From positions 32,001-96,000 of the forward strand of contig CBDDDG010000012.1 in assembly GCA_965226555.1 (NCBI GenBank): a stretch of 64,000 nt of DNA, read 5' to 3'. The position numbers were made by a program, and so were the translations under genes. The DNA comes from Salinispira sp. (GTDB lineage Bacteria > Spirochaetota > Spirochaetia > DSM-27196 > Salinispiraceae). Of this stretch, positions 39,303 to 49,146 are shown one piece after another. The stretch's first letter is position 1. The number at the start of each line of letters is the position of its first letter. Under the pieces are notes generated by a model. It ran no database searches. It saw nothing but the letters and a program-made list of their open reading frames with translations, and was not told the DNA's origin.

Positions 39303-39977
39303 ATGGCGCGAATTGAAAATAGTACGGTTAAAGAGAGTTCAGGGGGATATCAGCGAATATTCGGAAATAAGGCATTGGGTGTTCTCATAAGCAGAATCCA
39401 GTCAACAGTTATATCTGCAGGATCTGAATTAGAGCGGATAATTCTTGACAGAGTGAATACCATTGATAATTTAAAATTGTTTCTTGAAAAACCGATTATG
39501 CCTGAAGGTGTTTTTGTGGCAAATAAGAAAGAAGTAAGAAATTGTCCGATATTGGATCATAGCTATGCATCCGAGCCTGATTTTGTTGTTTTCCGCCGCC
39601 GCGGAAATAAGCAATCGTGTCATGTTATTGAATTAAAAGATGGTCATATCTTTGATACAAAAAAAGCCAGAATCGAACACAGAACCATACGCAACTTTAT
39701 TGAACGAAACGGACCTCGAATACAATATACAGTAAATGGTTATATTTGTTGTTTTAATCAGGATGACCCTGAAGCTATTGTTGCGGGCTTTAAGAATCAG
39801 ATATCGGCAGACGAGGCGTTAACAGGGCGACAATTTTGTAAACTATTAGCGATAGACTATGATAAGATTGTACATGAACGAAAAAAGGATCAATCGAAAA
39901 ATGTAAATTTCTTTGTTAAGGAATTATTAAAGATACCTGCCATCAGGAATCGCATTGAGAAAAATTTGGGTGGATAA
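39303..39977 (+). CDS. Putative type II restriction endonuclease
   Basis: EPDF...IELKDG PD-(D/E)XK motif; abuts the methyltransferase; AT-rich. Confidence 0.7.
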   Translation: MARIENSTVKESSGGYQRIFGNKALGVLISRIQSTVISAGSELERIILDRVNTIDNLKLFLEKPIMPEGVFVANKKEVRNCPILDHSYASEPDFVVFRRRGNKQSCHVIELKDGHIFDTKKARIEHRTIRNFIERNGPRIQYTVNGYICCFNQDDPEAIVAGFKNQISADEALTGRQFCKLLAIDYDKIVHERKKDQSKNVNFFVKELLKIPAIRNRIEKNLGG

Positions 39978-39986
39978 AATACCCCA

Positions 39987-40622
39987 TTACGGTATTGGAA
40001 AGTCATCAACAGTGCGGATAATAGTAGCCGCGCCGCATTTTTCAAGAACTTCATGATCCCTGTATCCCCAACTGACTCCCAGAAATTCTACCCCGGCCCG
40101 CCGCGCGGTTTCCATGTCCACTTCAGAATCTCCAACAAACAGGGCGTCATTGGCAGTAACATTCTGATTTTTGAGCATTTCCTGTAATGTTGCCGGATCG
40201 GGTTTCGGCATCCGCCCGGGCAATAGACCGAGAGAGGATGAAAAGAGTCCGGGGAAGAAGTGTTCAGTAATTATGTGTACCAGCGCATCATCTTTATTAC
40301 TCAGTAATCCCAGCAGTATCCCCCTTTTCTTAAGCCTGTTGAGGAGTTCTGGAATGCCGGGGTAGGGGCTGCTGAGCTGTACGGGGCGGCGGCGATAGTA
40401 ATTGTTGAGTGTATTAATAATGGATCGGCGCTGTTCGGGAGCAGTATCCGGCGGTACTGAGTCGGTAACGAGTTGGGAAAGCCCATTTCCGACCCTGAGG
40501 CGGATATCGTTCAGGCTGCAGAGTGAAAATCCGTGTTCCTTCAGGGCATGGTTGAGTGCCGCTGCAATATCCTGAAGGGTATACAGAAGAGTTCCATCCA
40601 GATCAAATACAATTGCTTTCAT
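39987..40622 (-). CDS. HAD-family hydrolase (phosphoglycolate phosphatase-like)
   Basis: FDLDGTL, SNK, KPDP and VGDSEVD. Confidence 0.92.
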   Translation of the reverse strand: MKAIVFDLDGTLLYTLQDIAAALNHALKEHGFSLCSLNDIRLRVGNGLSQLVTDSVPPDTAPEQRRSIINTLNNYYRRRPVQLSSPYPGIPELLNRLKKRGILLGLLSNKDDALVHIITEHFFPGLFSSSLGLLPGRMPKPDPATLQEMLKNQNVTANDALFVGDSEVDMETARRAGVEFLGVSWGYRDHEVLEKCGAATIIRTVDDFPIP

Positions 40623-40661
40623 AGAGATTATTCCAAGATACTATGATACATTACCCGAGTT

Positions 40662-42515
40662 ATGCAACCACGGGATAAAATTGCGCTGCTTCGCAATGAA
40701 CTGCGGCAAAGAACGGCCTTTGCTGTTATATTTCTCACCGCGGATCCTCATATTTCCGAATATGTTGCCCCGCGGTGGAAGGTGCGGGAGTGGTTGTCAG
40801 GATTTTGCGGATCTGCGGGTACACTGGTAGTAACCCGGCAGAGTGCTGCATTGTGGACCGATTACCGCTATTTTCTGGAAGCTGCTGAGGCGCTGGAGGG
40901 CAGTTCCATCATGCTCATGAAAATGGAAATGCCTGAAACCCCTGTTATTGAAGCGTGGATTGCATCTGAATTCGAAAAATGGAGAGAGACTGATGCCGAA
41001 ATTCTTGTTGATGGAGAATGTTTTGCTTTCAATCAGTTTCGGAAGAGAGCAGGGGAGTTTGAAAAATATGGATTCTCCCTGAATGTGACAGATGGACTCG
41101 TTGACACTATCTGGAGAGACAGACCCCCAATGCCGACAGCCCCAATGTATGAAATTTCTGCCGCAGTGACCGGTGAAACGCGCGAGGAACGCATCACTTT
41201 TTTACGTGAACTTTTTCCCACGCTGAAAATCAATTCCTTTTTGCTCACTGCCCTAGATGAAATTGCCTGGATTTTAAACCTGCGCGGTAGCGATGTTGAG
41301 TATAATCCGGTATTCTATGCATATCTACTTGTTAATGAAAGTGATGCGGTGCTTTTTACGCATTGTGCTGAACTGCCTGAACCGCTGCGTCAGAAACTTG
41401 CGGATGGGGGGGTAGGTTTGGCTGAGTATGAAGAAATTGAGTCCGTTCTGAAAACATCGGACGGTATAATCGGCGCTGATGCCGATACACTCAACGTGAA
41501 AATTGCCAGCAACCCCCGCGCCGCCGCCAACGACCCCGCTGCCGCCAGCCCCCGCGCCGCCGCCAACCCCAGCAACCCCGCTCCCATCACCCAAAAAAAC
41601 AACATCACACTCATTCCATCACCAATAAAAATGCGAAAGGCAAGAAAAACCACGGAAGAGCTTGCTTCCCTGCGCAATGTCATGAAAAAAGATGGGCTTG
41701 CCATGGTAACACTACTTCACTGGCTGGAGCAGGCAGTAGAAAATAATGAAAAAATTAGTGAACTGACAGTTTTTACCCGCATTGAAGAGTGCCGCGCCGA
41801 GCAGGAGGGCTTTATCGGCAGCAGCTTTACCTCCATTGTCGGTTTTCGGGAACATGGAGCAATCATACATTACGTGGTGAATGAGAATAGTAACAAACCC
41901 ATTGAAAAAGACGGTCTTCTGCTCATTGACAGCGGCGGGCAGTATCGGAACGGTACAACCGACATTACCCGAACAGTTCCTGTCGGCAGGGTTGCTGAGA
42001 ACATCCGTATGCAGTATACCCTTGTGCTGAAAGGACATATATCCCTCGCCCGGGCCATTTTCCCTGAGGGAACTACCGGCGCTCATCTGGACAGCTTTGC
42101 CCGCCGGGCGCTGTGGGAACATGGGCTTAATTATAGCCACGGCACCGGTCACGGAGTGGGCTTTGCGCTCAATGTACATGAGGGTCCCCAGAACATCAGC
42201 TTTCATCGACATGCCGTTATACTTGAACCCGGCATGGTCTGTTCCAATGAGCCGGGGTATTATCAGGATACCTCACATGGAATCCGTATTGAAAACCTTA
42301 TTGCCGTTGAATGCCATCCTCAGTATCGGGGTTTTCTTCGTTTTGAAACACTTTCACTCTGTCCGCTGGAATTGAATCTTGTAAAAACCGAATTACTTTC
42401 GGCTGAAGAAAGAGAATGGATCAATACGTATCATGGTCTGGTATATGAAAGTCTTTCACCGCTTCTGAATACCTCACTCAGACTCTGGCTTGAACAAAAA
42501 ACACGAACACTGTAG
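40662..42515 (+). CDS. Aminopeptidase P (M24B)
   Basis: DSGGQY..GTTDITRT, HGTGHGVG, VHEGP, SNEPG and GIRIEN. Confidence 0.95.
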   Translation: MQPRDKIALLRNELRQRTAFAVIFLTADPHISEYVAPRWKVREWLSGFCGSAGTLVVTRQSAALWTDYRYFLEAAEALEGSSIMLMKMEMPETPVIEAWIASEFEKWRETDAEILVDGECFAFNQFRKRAGEFEKYGFSLNVTDGLVDTIWRDRPPMPTAPMYEISAAVTGETREERITFLRELFPTLKINSFLLTALDEIAWILNLRGSDVEYNPVFYAYLLVNESDAVLFTHCAELPEPLRQKLADGGVGLAEYEEIESVLKTSDGIIGADADTLNVKIASNPRAAANDPAAASPRAAANPSNPAPITQKNNITLIPSPIKMRKARKTTEELASLRNVMKKDGLAMVTLLHWLEQAVENNEKISELTVFTRIEECRAEQEGFIGSSFTSIVGFREHGAIIHYVVNENSNKPIEKDGLLLIDSGGQYRNGTTDITRTVPVGRVAENIRMQYTLVLKGHISLARAIFPEGTTGAHLDSFARRALWEHGLNYSHGTGHGVGFALNVHEGPQNISFHRHAVILEPGMVCSNEPGYYQDTSHGIRIENLIAVECHPQYRGFLRFETLSLCPLELNLVKTELLSAEEREWINTYHGLVYESLSPLLNTSLRLWLEQKTRTL

Positions 42516-42532
42516 GCTTCCGAGGAGAAATA

Positions 42533-43708
42533 ATGCCCCTGAACTGTGGAATTGTCGGACTCCCGAACGTTGGTAAATCTACAATATTTTCTGCGCTGAG
42601 CGCTTCCTCGGTGGAGGCTGCGAATTATCCATTCTGCACCATTGAACCAAATGTCGGGCTTGTGTCTGTTCCCGATTCCCGGCTTAATGATATTGCCGGA
42701 ATTATTCCGACTCAGAAGGTTATTCCTGCCGCTGTGGAATTTGTTGATATTGCCGGCCTTGTGAAGGGCGCGAGCAGGGGCGAGGGACTGGGTAATAAAT
42801 TCCTGAGCCACATACGCGAAGTTGGAATTATTGTCCATGTCGTCCGCTGTTTTGAAAATGAAGATATTATTCATGTGCACGAGCGCATCGATCCGGCTGC
42901 CGATATTGAAACTGTTAACATTGAGCTTGCTCTTGCCGATCTCGAAACTGTTGAAAAACGTCTCGTACGGGCGGAAAAAGAACTCCGCGCTGCCGACCGG
43001 GACTCCCGCGCTGCTGCGGCAAAGCTTGTGCCCATCCTCAATGACCTGAAAACACTGCTCCAAGATGGGCAGCCTGCCCGTAAACTGCAACTGGAAAAGG
43101 AAAAGGCGGAACTCATCCGCGATCTTCATCTCATAAGCCGAAAGAAGGTTCTCTATCTTTGTAATGTGGACGAGAATACCCTGAGAAGCTGCTGCGCTGT
43201 GGATGCTGATGGCAGCGGTGCTGCTGATGGCAGTGCTGCTGCTGATGGCGGCGGAAGCGCCGAACATCTGCGCGCAGTGCGGGAGATCGCCGAAGCGGAA
43301 GGAGCGGCTGTCCTGACTATCTGCGGACAACTGGAGAAAGACATTGCCGATCTCGAAGATGAGCAGGAACGGAGGGAATTCCTTGAAGATGTCGGGCTCA
43401 GCGAGAGCGGATTAACGGCGCTTATTCGGGAAGGATACAGAATGCTGGGATTACAGACATTCTTTACCGCAGGAGAAAAAGAGGTGCGGGCATGGACCTT
43501 CCGTGAGGGCAGCACGGCGCCTCAGGTTGCGGGAATTATTCACAGCGATTTTGAACGGGGTTTTATAAAGGCTGAGGTGTATCATTGCAGCGATCTTTTT
43601 GAACGCGGCAGTGAGCAGAACATTCGGAACGCCGGCAGGCTTCGCATGGAGGGAAAAGACTATACCGTTCACGATGGCGATGTCATGCACTTTACGTTCA
43701 ATGTCTGA
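42533..43708 (+). CDS. ychF: Redox-regulated ATPase YchF
   Basis: [23 protein letters not shown] and [20 protein letters not shown]. Confidence 0.98.
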   Translation: MPLNCGIVGLPNVGKSTIFSALSASSVEAANYPFCTIEPNVGLVSVPDSRLNDIAGIIPTQKVIPAAVEFVDIAGLVKGASRGEGLGNKFLSHIREVGIIVHVVRCFENEDIIHVHERIDPAADIETVNIELALADLETVEKRLVRAEKELRAADRDSRAAAAKLVPILNDLKTLLQDGQPARKLQLEKEKAELIRDLHLISRKKVLYLCNVDENTLRSCCAVDADGSGAADGSAAADGGGSAEHLRAVREIAEAEGAAVLTICGQLEKDIADLEDEQERREFLEDVGLSESGLTALIREGYRMLGLQTFFTAGEKEVRAWTFREGSTAPQVAGIIHSDFERGFIKAEVYHCSDLFERGSEQNIRNAGRLRMEGKDYTVHDGDVMHFTFNV

Positions 43709-43759
43709 TCAACGCCGGAACCGGAGCAATGCCGCGGTTTTTTGCAAAATATCAGTCGA

Positions 43760-43999
43760 CTACATAACATCCTTGAGTGTAAGACCTTTTTTACGCAAAT
43801 ATGCCATAAGACCTACCCGTGTGACGGTGCGGATACTCCTTGTTGAAATACGGAGGCGAACAGTACGGTCGAGTTCGGGATCATAAATTCGTTTTGACTG
43901 GATGTTTGGTTTCTGCCATCTATTTGTTTTGATGTTTGATTTTGATACTTTGTGTCCGGAAAGCGGTTTTTTTCCGCTAATTCTACATTTTCGCGACAT
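43760..43999 (-). CDS. rpmB: 50S ribosomal protein L28
   Basis: MSRKCRISGK...VSKSN.KT.R...PNIQ. Confidence 0.95.
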   Translation of the reverse strand: MSRKCRISGKKPLSGHKVSKSNIKTNRWQKPNIQSKRIYDPELDRTVRLRISTRSIRTVTRVGLMAYLRKKGLTLKDVM

Positions 44000-44014
44000 A
44001 ATTGATCCTTTTAG

Positions 44015-44185
44015 TTAGAACTTACTGGTTTCCTTGTATAATACATGCTTGCGCTCTACGGGATCATACTTCATAAACTCAAGTTTATTCGGCAGGTTCC
44101 GTTTGTTTTTTGTTGTGTAGTAGCAATGTCCGCTTTCAGTACTCTTAAGACGTACCTTCGTTGCTGCCTTATTTGCCTTTGCCAT
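44015..44185 (-). CDS. rpmG: 50S ribosomal protein L33 (56 aa, not in the ORF track)
   Basis: [64 protein letters not shown]. Confidence 0.95.
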   Translation of the reverse strand: MAKANKAATKVRLKSTESGHCYYTTKNKRNLPNKLEFMKYDPVERKHVLYKETSKF

Positions 44186-44352
44186 ACTATACGAAATCTC
44201 CTTTCAGAATGAGAAAAACTCCCCAAGAAAAAACATTACATGGCAGATAGCACTTTGTCAAGTACTCCGGCATAATACTGCGGGATAGTTGATATTTTCG
44301 ATATTATGTTATAGATTCTTAAAGACGGTTTCAGCTAATTATCCATCATGGT

Positions 44353-45717
44353 ATGAGGAAATACCGAAGTGAACCGGGAAAATCAGGAGAATGCCGAGTA
44401 GTGCCGATTTTTGTCATCCTGTGGTATGGTTTTTTCCCAGCCTACAATATCGTCCGCTACCTGGAATTACTCCCCTTTTGGACAGCTCCAGAGGCAGTTC
44501 TGTGTGCGCTGTCAATTAGCCTGTATTTCTGGATGTCGGGCAATGTTCTCATGGGGCTGCAGCTTCCCCTGTTGCAGCGCGCGCTTCCGCAGGATAAAAA
44601 AACCGAATTCCACATTATAACCGGCGTTGGAATGCTGGCGGCAATATTCATTCACGGCGGCAGCAAAATAATTAAGGGCTACTTTCTCAGCGCGGTGACA
44701 TGGGCACTTCTTCTTTCTTTGGCTATCCTTTTTCTTCTTTCAATATATTGGATTTCAGCGCCCGGTCTCTCTTGGCTGCACAAGCTGCTGGCACCAAAAT
44801 CCACATCGGATCAGCACTACGATCTTCTCAAGAGCATACACGGCATCGGCTTTCCTGCGGTGCTTGTGCTCTCGTATCTGCACATCAGGGAAGCAGGAAT
44901 AATCTGGCTAACCGATACCCTCGGACAGATATTCTATGTCGCATCATTCTGGTTCACCATAGGCATCTGCATCATCTATGTCATAAGAAAATTGATGCTG
45001 CCGCGTGCCCATCTGAAAACCGTATCAATTTCAGAAGACCTCATTCTGATGGACTTCGTACCCTCCCGACCGCTCCGGCAGATACCTTACCGCGCTGGTC
45101 AATTCGCATATCTCACTCCCTGCTCCGGCCCCCATAAAGGTGAAGGACACCCCTTTTCATTTATTTCCCACAATGCCTCTCCACGGCCGGATCGGCAGGC
45201 GCAGGGAGCGCAGCCACAGGACAGGCAAGTAATCAGCTTTGCTGCGCGGCAGACAGGCGATTTCACACACTGGCTCCAATCGGCTGAAGGACAGCAGTTT
45301 ACCATCGATGCGGCCTACGGCAATTTTGCCCCATCGCCGCGGCAACGCAACTGCCTCATCGGAACCGGTTCCGGCATGGCACCGATAATTGCTCTCCTCA
45401 ATGAGGGGCTTAGCCCGCGCGATGTGGTTTTTCTCAAGGGCAGGAAACAAGATGCTGAGCTCCTCAACCGGCTTCCCGCAGCGGAATCCACGAAAACCAG
45501 CGCAGCCGGAGAGAATTGCCGCATTCTTGAAACGGGCAGTTACATCAATGCCGATTTCCTCTTACAAAACCTTGGCACACCACGCAATTTTCATTACTAC
45601 TTGTGTACATCGCCTGCCGTGAGAGAGAACATTCTCTCAGCTCTGCGGTCGCTTGGAGTCAAACGGCACAGGATACATTTTGAAAATTACTCTTTTGGCA
45701 CGGTCGACAAAAATTGA
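44353..45717 (+). CDS. Ferric-reductase-like membrane oxidoreductase (TM heme + FAD/NAD domains)
   Basis: TM helices with paired His; RAGQFAYL, HPFS, GDFT, GSGMAP and IHFENY. Confidence 0.8.
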   Translation: MRKYRSEPGKSGECRVVPIFVILWYGFFPAYNIVRYLELLPFWTAPEAVLCALSISLYFWMSGNVLMGLQLPLLQRALPQDKKTEFHIITGVGMLAAIFIHGGSKIIKGYFLSAVTWALLLSLAILFLLSIYWISAPGLSWLHKLLAPKSTSDQHYDLLKSIHGIGFPAVLVLSYLHIREAGIIWLTDTLGQIFYVASFWFTIGICIIYVIRKLMLPRAHLKTVSISEDLILMDFVPSRPLRQIPYRAGQFAYLTPCSGPHKGEGHPFSFISHNASPRPDRQAQGAQPQDRQVISFAARQTGDFTHWLQSAEGQQFTIDAAYGNFAPSPRQRNCLIGTGSGMAPIIALLNEGLSPRDVVFLKGRKQDAELLNRLPAAESTKTSAAGENCRILETGSYINADFLLQNLGTPRNFHYYLCTSPAVRENILSALRSLGVKRHRIHFENYSFGTVDKN

Positions 45718-45767
45718 TAAAAAATTTTGCTTTGCAAAATTTCTCATGTGATGTCGGATATTCAGGC

Positions 45768-46052
45768 TTATTTCCTGCTCAGAAAAAATGCGGCGAGGGC
45801 GCCAATTGCAGCCCCAATGACCCCGCCAATCAGCAGTCCTTTGCCCTTCTCATCCTTTGCCCAATCCATGATAATTGGAGTTAATTTTGAAATCTGCTCC
45901 GCCGATACTCCCTCATTCTCCAGAGTTTGGGAGATGGTTCGATAATCCACACCCGGCTTGCGAAGCTCTTCCACAATCTGCTCCAGCACCTCCCGGGTGA
46001 GCTCCGGAAAGGCCTGTTGTAATTTTTTTACTGCATCATCACTGTCGGTCAT
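45768..46052 (-). CDS. Small hypothetical protein with C-terminal glycine-zipper TM
   Basis: GGAGG SD before ATG 46052; GGVIGAAIGALA. Confidence 0.7.
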   Translation of the reverse strand: MTDSDDAVKKLQQAFPELTREVLEQIVEELRKPGVDYRTISQTLENEGVSAEQISKLTPIIMDWAKDEKGKGLLIGGVIGAAIGALAAFFLSRK

Positions 46053-46081
46053 TGTTATTCCTCCAAATAGTATCACATAAC

Positions 46082-46133
46082 AAAGTTTTGCTACTGGAAA
46101 TTGTGCTTGCGCAATTTTCCAATGCAAAAGTTT
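46082..46133. repeat. Modular palindromic repeat (nested hairpin)
   Basis: AAAGTTTTGCTACTGGAAATTGTGCTTGCGCAATTTTCCAATGCAAAAGTTTC. Confidence 0.92.
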
Positions 46134-46199
46134 CTAAGAAAAATACGCATTTTTAGAAAAATAGTCAAACTACTATTTGTGCGCATATATATCCAATCT

Positions 46200-46604
46200 T
46201 TATAATTCCACCTCAACATCGCCTTGCAACAGGTGCTTTTTCGTAGCTTCCGTACTTGCCAGAGCAGCGAACGGAGAATCTTTATATACCTCAACCAATC
46301 CGCTTACCAGATGAGTGAGCGCCTCAACATTATTCTGCTCTAATGCCGTATCAATACGTTCAAAGAAATCCTTGAATGTTTGTTTGCGTTCCTTGTGCGA
46401 ATTGTCGAGATATTTGAGAATTACTCGTTCGCGCGCCTTAATTTCCCGCAGGGCAACATCTCTGTCAGCCCGTATCTCCTCCCGTTTTGTCATTTCTTCC
46501 TGTCGTATTTTCAAATACGAGATCACATCCGAAAAAGCATTTTCAGCATACTTGGCAACTTGGAAAGGCGCCGCCGTCGGAGGAACAATTTTGTTTTTGG
46601 GCAT
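46200..46604 (-). CDS. Hypothetical helical/coiled-coil protein
   Basis: 134-aa ORF with GGAG SD, 17 bp after the upstream stop. Confidence 0.7.
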   Translation of the reverse strand: MPKNKIVPPTAAPFQVAKYAENAFSDVISYLKIRQEEMTKREEIRADRDVALREIKARERVILKYLDNSHKERKQTFKDFFERIDTALEQNNVEALTHLVSGLVEVYKDSPFAALASTEATKKHLLQGDVEVEL

Positions 46605-46621
46605 AGCTGTGCTCCGTAATC

Positions 46622-47644
46622 TCAGTTAGTTAACAAAAGACGCGACAATTCTTCTAAATCAACATTTTCCGGCACAATATTCATTTTAGAATCAAGAGGC
46701 GGGTTTTTGATCATCTCGGAAAGCGCCCTACATAAAGTCGCGGCTCTTCGGAATGATCGCACAAGATCATCATCATGTTCTTTACAAAACACAAAATACC
46801 AGCTATTCATTAGAGTTGACAATTCCGTATCTGATCGCTGTTTAAGTTTTTCAAATACCTCACGATTTTGCCGAACATATTCCTCAATGTACTTCAGACG
46901 ATCCATTCCCGCTTCAATCTTGGCTACCTTTTTATCTATTTCCGCATCATATTCCCAGGCTTCGGTAAGTTTTTTTTCACCAGCAGCGGCAATTGCGAAT
47001 CCGCCAATAAGAAACGCAGGGGCAGCAACCAATCCGCCCAGAACAGCAGTACCCAGCGCCATGCCGCCGCCGCCAGCTGCTAACGCGCCACCGCCAATCC
47101 AAGCAAGCGTTGCATTCGTTGCCGCAACTCCCGATAGTCCACCTATGGCCGCGCCTGTGGAAGCCGTAGCTCCGACCATTCCCGCCAGACCAATGGCAGA
47201 GGCCGTAGCTCCGCCCGTTAATGCTGCTGATATTCCAGCCGCAGCGGCCGATGATGCATGCTTGAGATTATCTACCTGTGTTATTTGTTTTTCCATAAAT
47301 TGCATATTATTCGATGAAACAACAAAAGGAATATCACCAGAAACAGGTTTGCTGGTGATTTTTGCCCTTATTTGCGGATTAAGCTTCTTCCAGTAGTTTA
47401 TAAATACGCGCTGTGTCGTATTAATGGTTTCCTGTTGTAATTCGGCATAGGCAATAACCGTATCGCGCACTTCATCATTGAACTCATTGAAACGAGAAAT
47501 TGCTTTTTTATGCCGTTTCTCTGCATTCTCCGCTATCTCTTTCGCACGGTTAGTATCGGAAACGCCCTCTACTCCCTTAACAACCCCCGCAGTTCCGGCT
47601 GCGGCCGCTGCAATTCCCAGAATTATCGGTATAAAAAACGGCAT
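46622..47644 (-). CDS. Hypothetical protein: coiled coils flanking a long Gly/Ala-rich hydrophobic segment
   Basis: ASTGAAIGGLSGVAATNATLAWIGGGALAAGGGGMALG. Confidence 0.8.
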   Translation of the reverse strand: MPFFIPIILGIAAAAAGTAGVVKGVEGVSDTNRAKEIAENAEKRHKKAISRFNEFNDEVRDTVIAYAELQQETINTTQRVFINYWKKLNPQIRAKITSKPVSGDIPFVVSSNNMQFMEKQITQVDNLKHASSAAAAGISAALTGGATASAIGLAGMVGATASTGAAIGGLSGVAATNATLAWIGGGALAAGGGGMALGTAVLGGLVAAPAFLIGGFAIAAAGEKKLTEAWEYDAEIDKKVAKIEAGMDRLKYIEEYVRQNREVFEKLKQRSDTELSTLMNSWYFVFCKEHDDDLVRSFRRAATLCRALSEMIKNPPLDSKMNIVPENVDLEELSRLLLTN

Positions 47645-47645
47645 A

Positions 47646-48053
47646 TTACCCCCTTCGAATTATTGCGAGGGCAATGTCGTTTATGCGCAATATATCTTTC
47701 GCAATTTCTTCGGCTCCCATGACAAAATCCTCGTTAATGGCATCGGAAGGTATGGAAAATAATTTATTGAATGATTTTATTTCCCGTCCCGTTATTTTTT
47801 CATCAACACGAATCATACAGAGAGCTTCCAGCGCCATAACGCGTTGCTCCACAGGCGGAGCGGAAGCAATTTCACTCATAATTTGCTGCGCGCTCAGCTT
47901 TCTGGGTTCATAATTGCTAAGATTTGCTTCCTGCTTATAAAGCTCAAGCAATCTTTTTTCATCGTGAGAAAAGTTTCCATCACTCTTTGCGAGATAGTAT
48001 GCAATCTCAAGAAACACTTTCTTGTTCTCTTCCGAACAATATTCAAGGAACAT
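47646..48053 (-). CDS. TerB-like protein
   Basis: LAKSDGNFSHDEKRLL and VDEKITGRE metal-binding-type repeats. Confidence 0.7.
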   Translation of the reverse strand: MFLEYCSEENKKVFLEIAYYLAKSDGNFSHDEKRLLELYKQEANLSNYEPRKLSAQQIMSEIASAPPVEQRVMALEALCMIRVDEKITGREIKSFNKLFSIPSDAINEDFVMGAEEIAKDILRINDIALAIIRRG

Positions 48054-48211
48054 AATAGCCTCCAGCTACATTGAATACATGAGAATTCTGATTTTTCTTT
48101 GTATATATCACATCTTTTATATATGCGCAAGATAGCGCAACACGACAGGCGCTTACATGTTTTTTTAATATCATCAAAATATCCTTGTTTTACCCCATTG
48201 ATATTATTTTC

Positions 48212-48715
48212 TCAGTCTACGGTAAACAAGACAGAGATAAGTAGGCATAAAGCTCCTATTCCTAAAATGGTCGGTATTTGAAATTTTTCAGGTATTTTGC
48301 TCAATATTTTTTCAAAACCCTTTCTGCTTGACTTTTCTCTATCACCAACATTGATTCCAGCGTTCGCAAGAAACGACTGTTGTTCTTCCGAAATTCCATA
48401 ACCGTCATCAATTTTGCCCTGAATAAAATTCCAGTAGTAATTTCTATTCATGCTGAAATAAGCAACAAGAAAGATAAGCCCGAAAATTATTCCCAATACT
48501 GTTTGAGTAGCCCCAAGAGCAATTAACAAGACAAGCAACAAAATATCAGTTGCAAAGCCTTTCCAATCTTTCGGCTTGACATTCAGAGGTGGCCAGTCAA
48601 CCCGTGCTGTCATAAGAGTCTGAAAAAAATTCAGTCTTATGTTTTCTGGGGACGTCACTGTTATGTCCTGCTCCCCTTCTTTTTTCAGCAAAAATTCGAT
48701 TGCCTTCTTTGCCAT
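48212..48715 (-). CDS. Hypothetical membrane protein (possibly HrgC/DUF2628-like)
   Basis: AAGGAG SD; TM hairpin followed by N..Y.......GY. Confidence 0.55.
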   Translation of the reverse strand: MAKKAIEFLLKKEGEQDITVTSPENIRLNFFQTLMTARVDWPPLNVKPKDWKGFATDILLLVLLIALGATQTVLGIIFGLIFLVAYFSMNRNYYWNFIQGKIDDGYGISEEQQSFLANAGINVGDREKSSRKGFEKILSKIPEKFQIPTILGIGALCLLISVLFTVD

Positions 48716-48804
48716 ATTCGTACTCCTTCATTCCCTTTCTCAGGGAAACTATTGAAATATCACTACAGAACAGAAACGAGCATGAGCTCTTTCCCCACCG
48801 ACCT

Positions 48805-49081
48805 AATCTAACAGCAGGGCAACAATTTCTGTAGTAATTATGAGTACCGTACTTTAATTGGTAGTCCATTGTCAATAGTTTTAGAAAAAATATTCGACCT
48901 CCGACAAAATGGTCTGGCGAATTGCGGGTTTTAGGTTGGATTTTAGTACAAGATCGACCGTAGTCGCCAGTTCTTCCCCGCGCACATACGATCCGAAAAG
49001 CCCAATTTTGCAAATTCCCCACTCATTCAGGCGAGCTCTATGTTGGTCGATAAGTTTTCTAATGTGATGAATGGTCGTCAT
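48805..49081 (-). pseudogene. Degraded MNT nucleotidyltransferase antitoxin with a possible HEPN remnant
   Basis: GLFGSYVRGE joined directly to VDLV...LKP.IR..IL.EV; the DxD-containing middle is missing. Confidence 0.7.
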
Positions 49082-49146
49082 GGGAATACAATCGTACAGC
49101 ATTGTCTCCCCTATATCAACGGGAAGAATGTGAACGGCGCTTGATG

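Noticed and set aside
42431..43330. 299-aa antisense ORF over ychF, and similar ones over aspS, GH13 and the ABC ATPase
   Set aside because: Shadow ORFs opposite well-supported genes, with no motifs or SD
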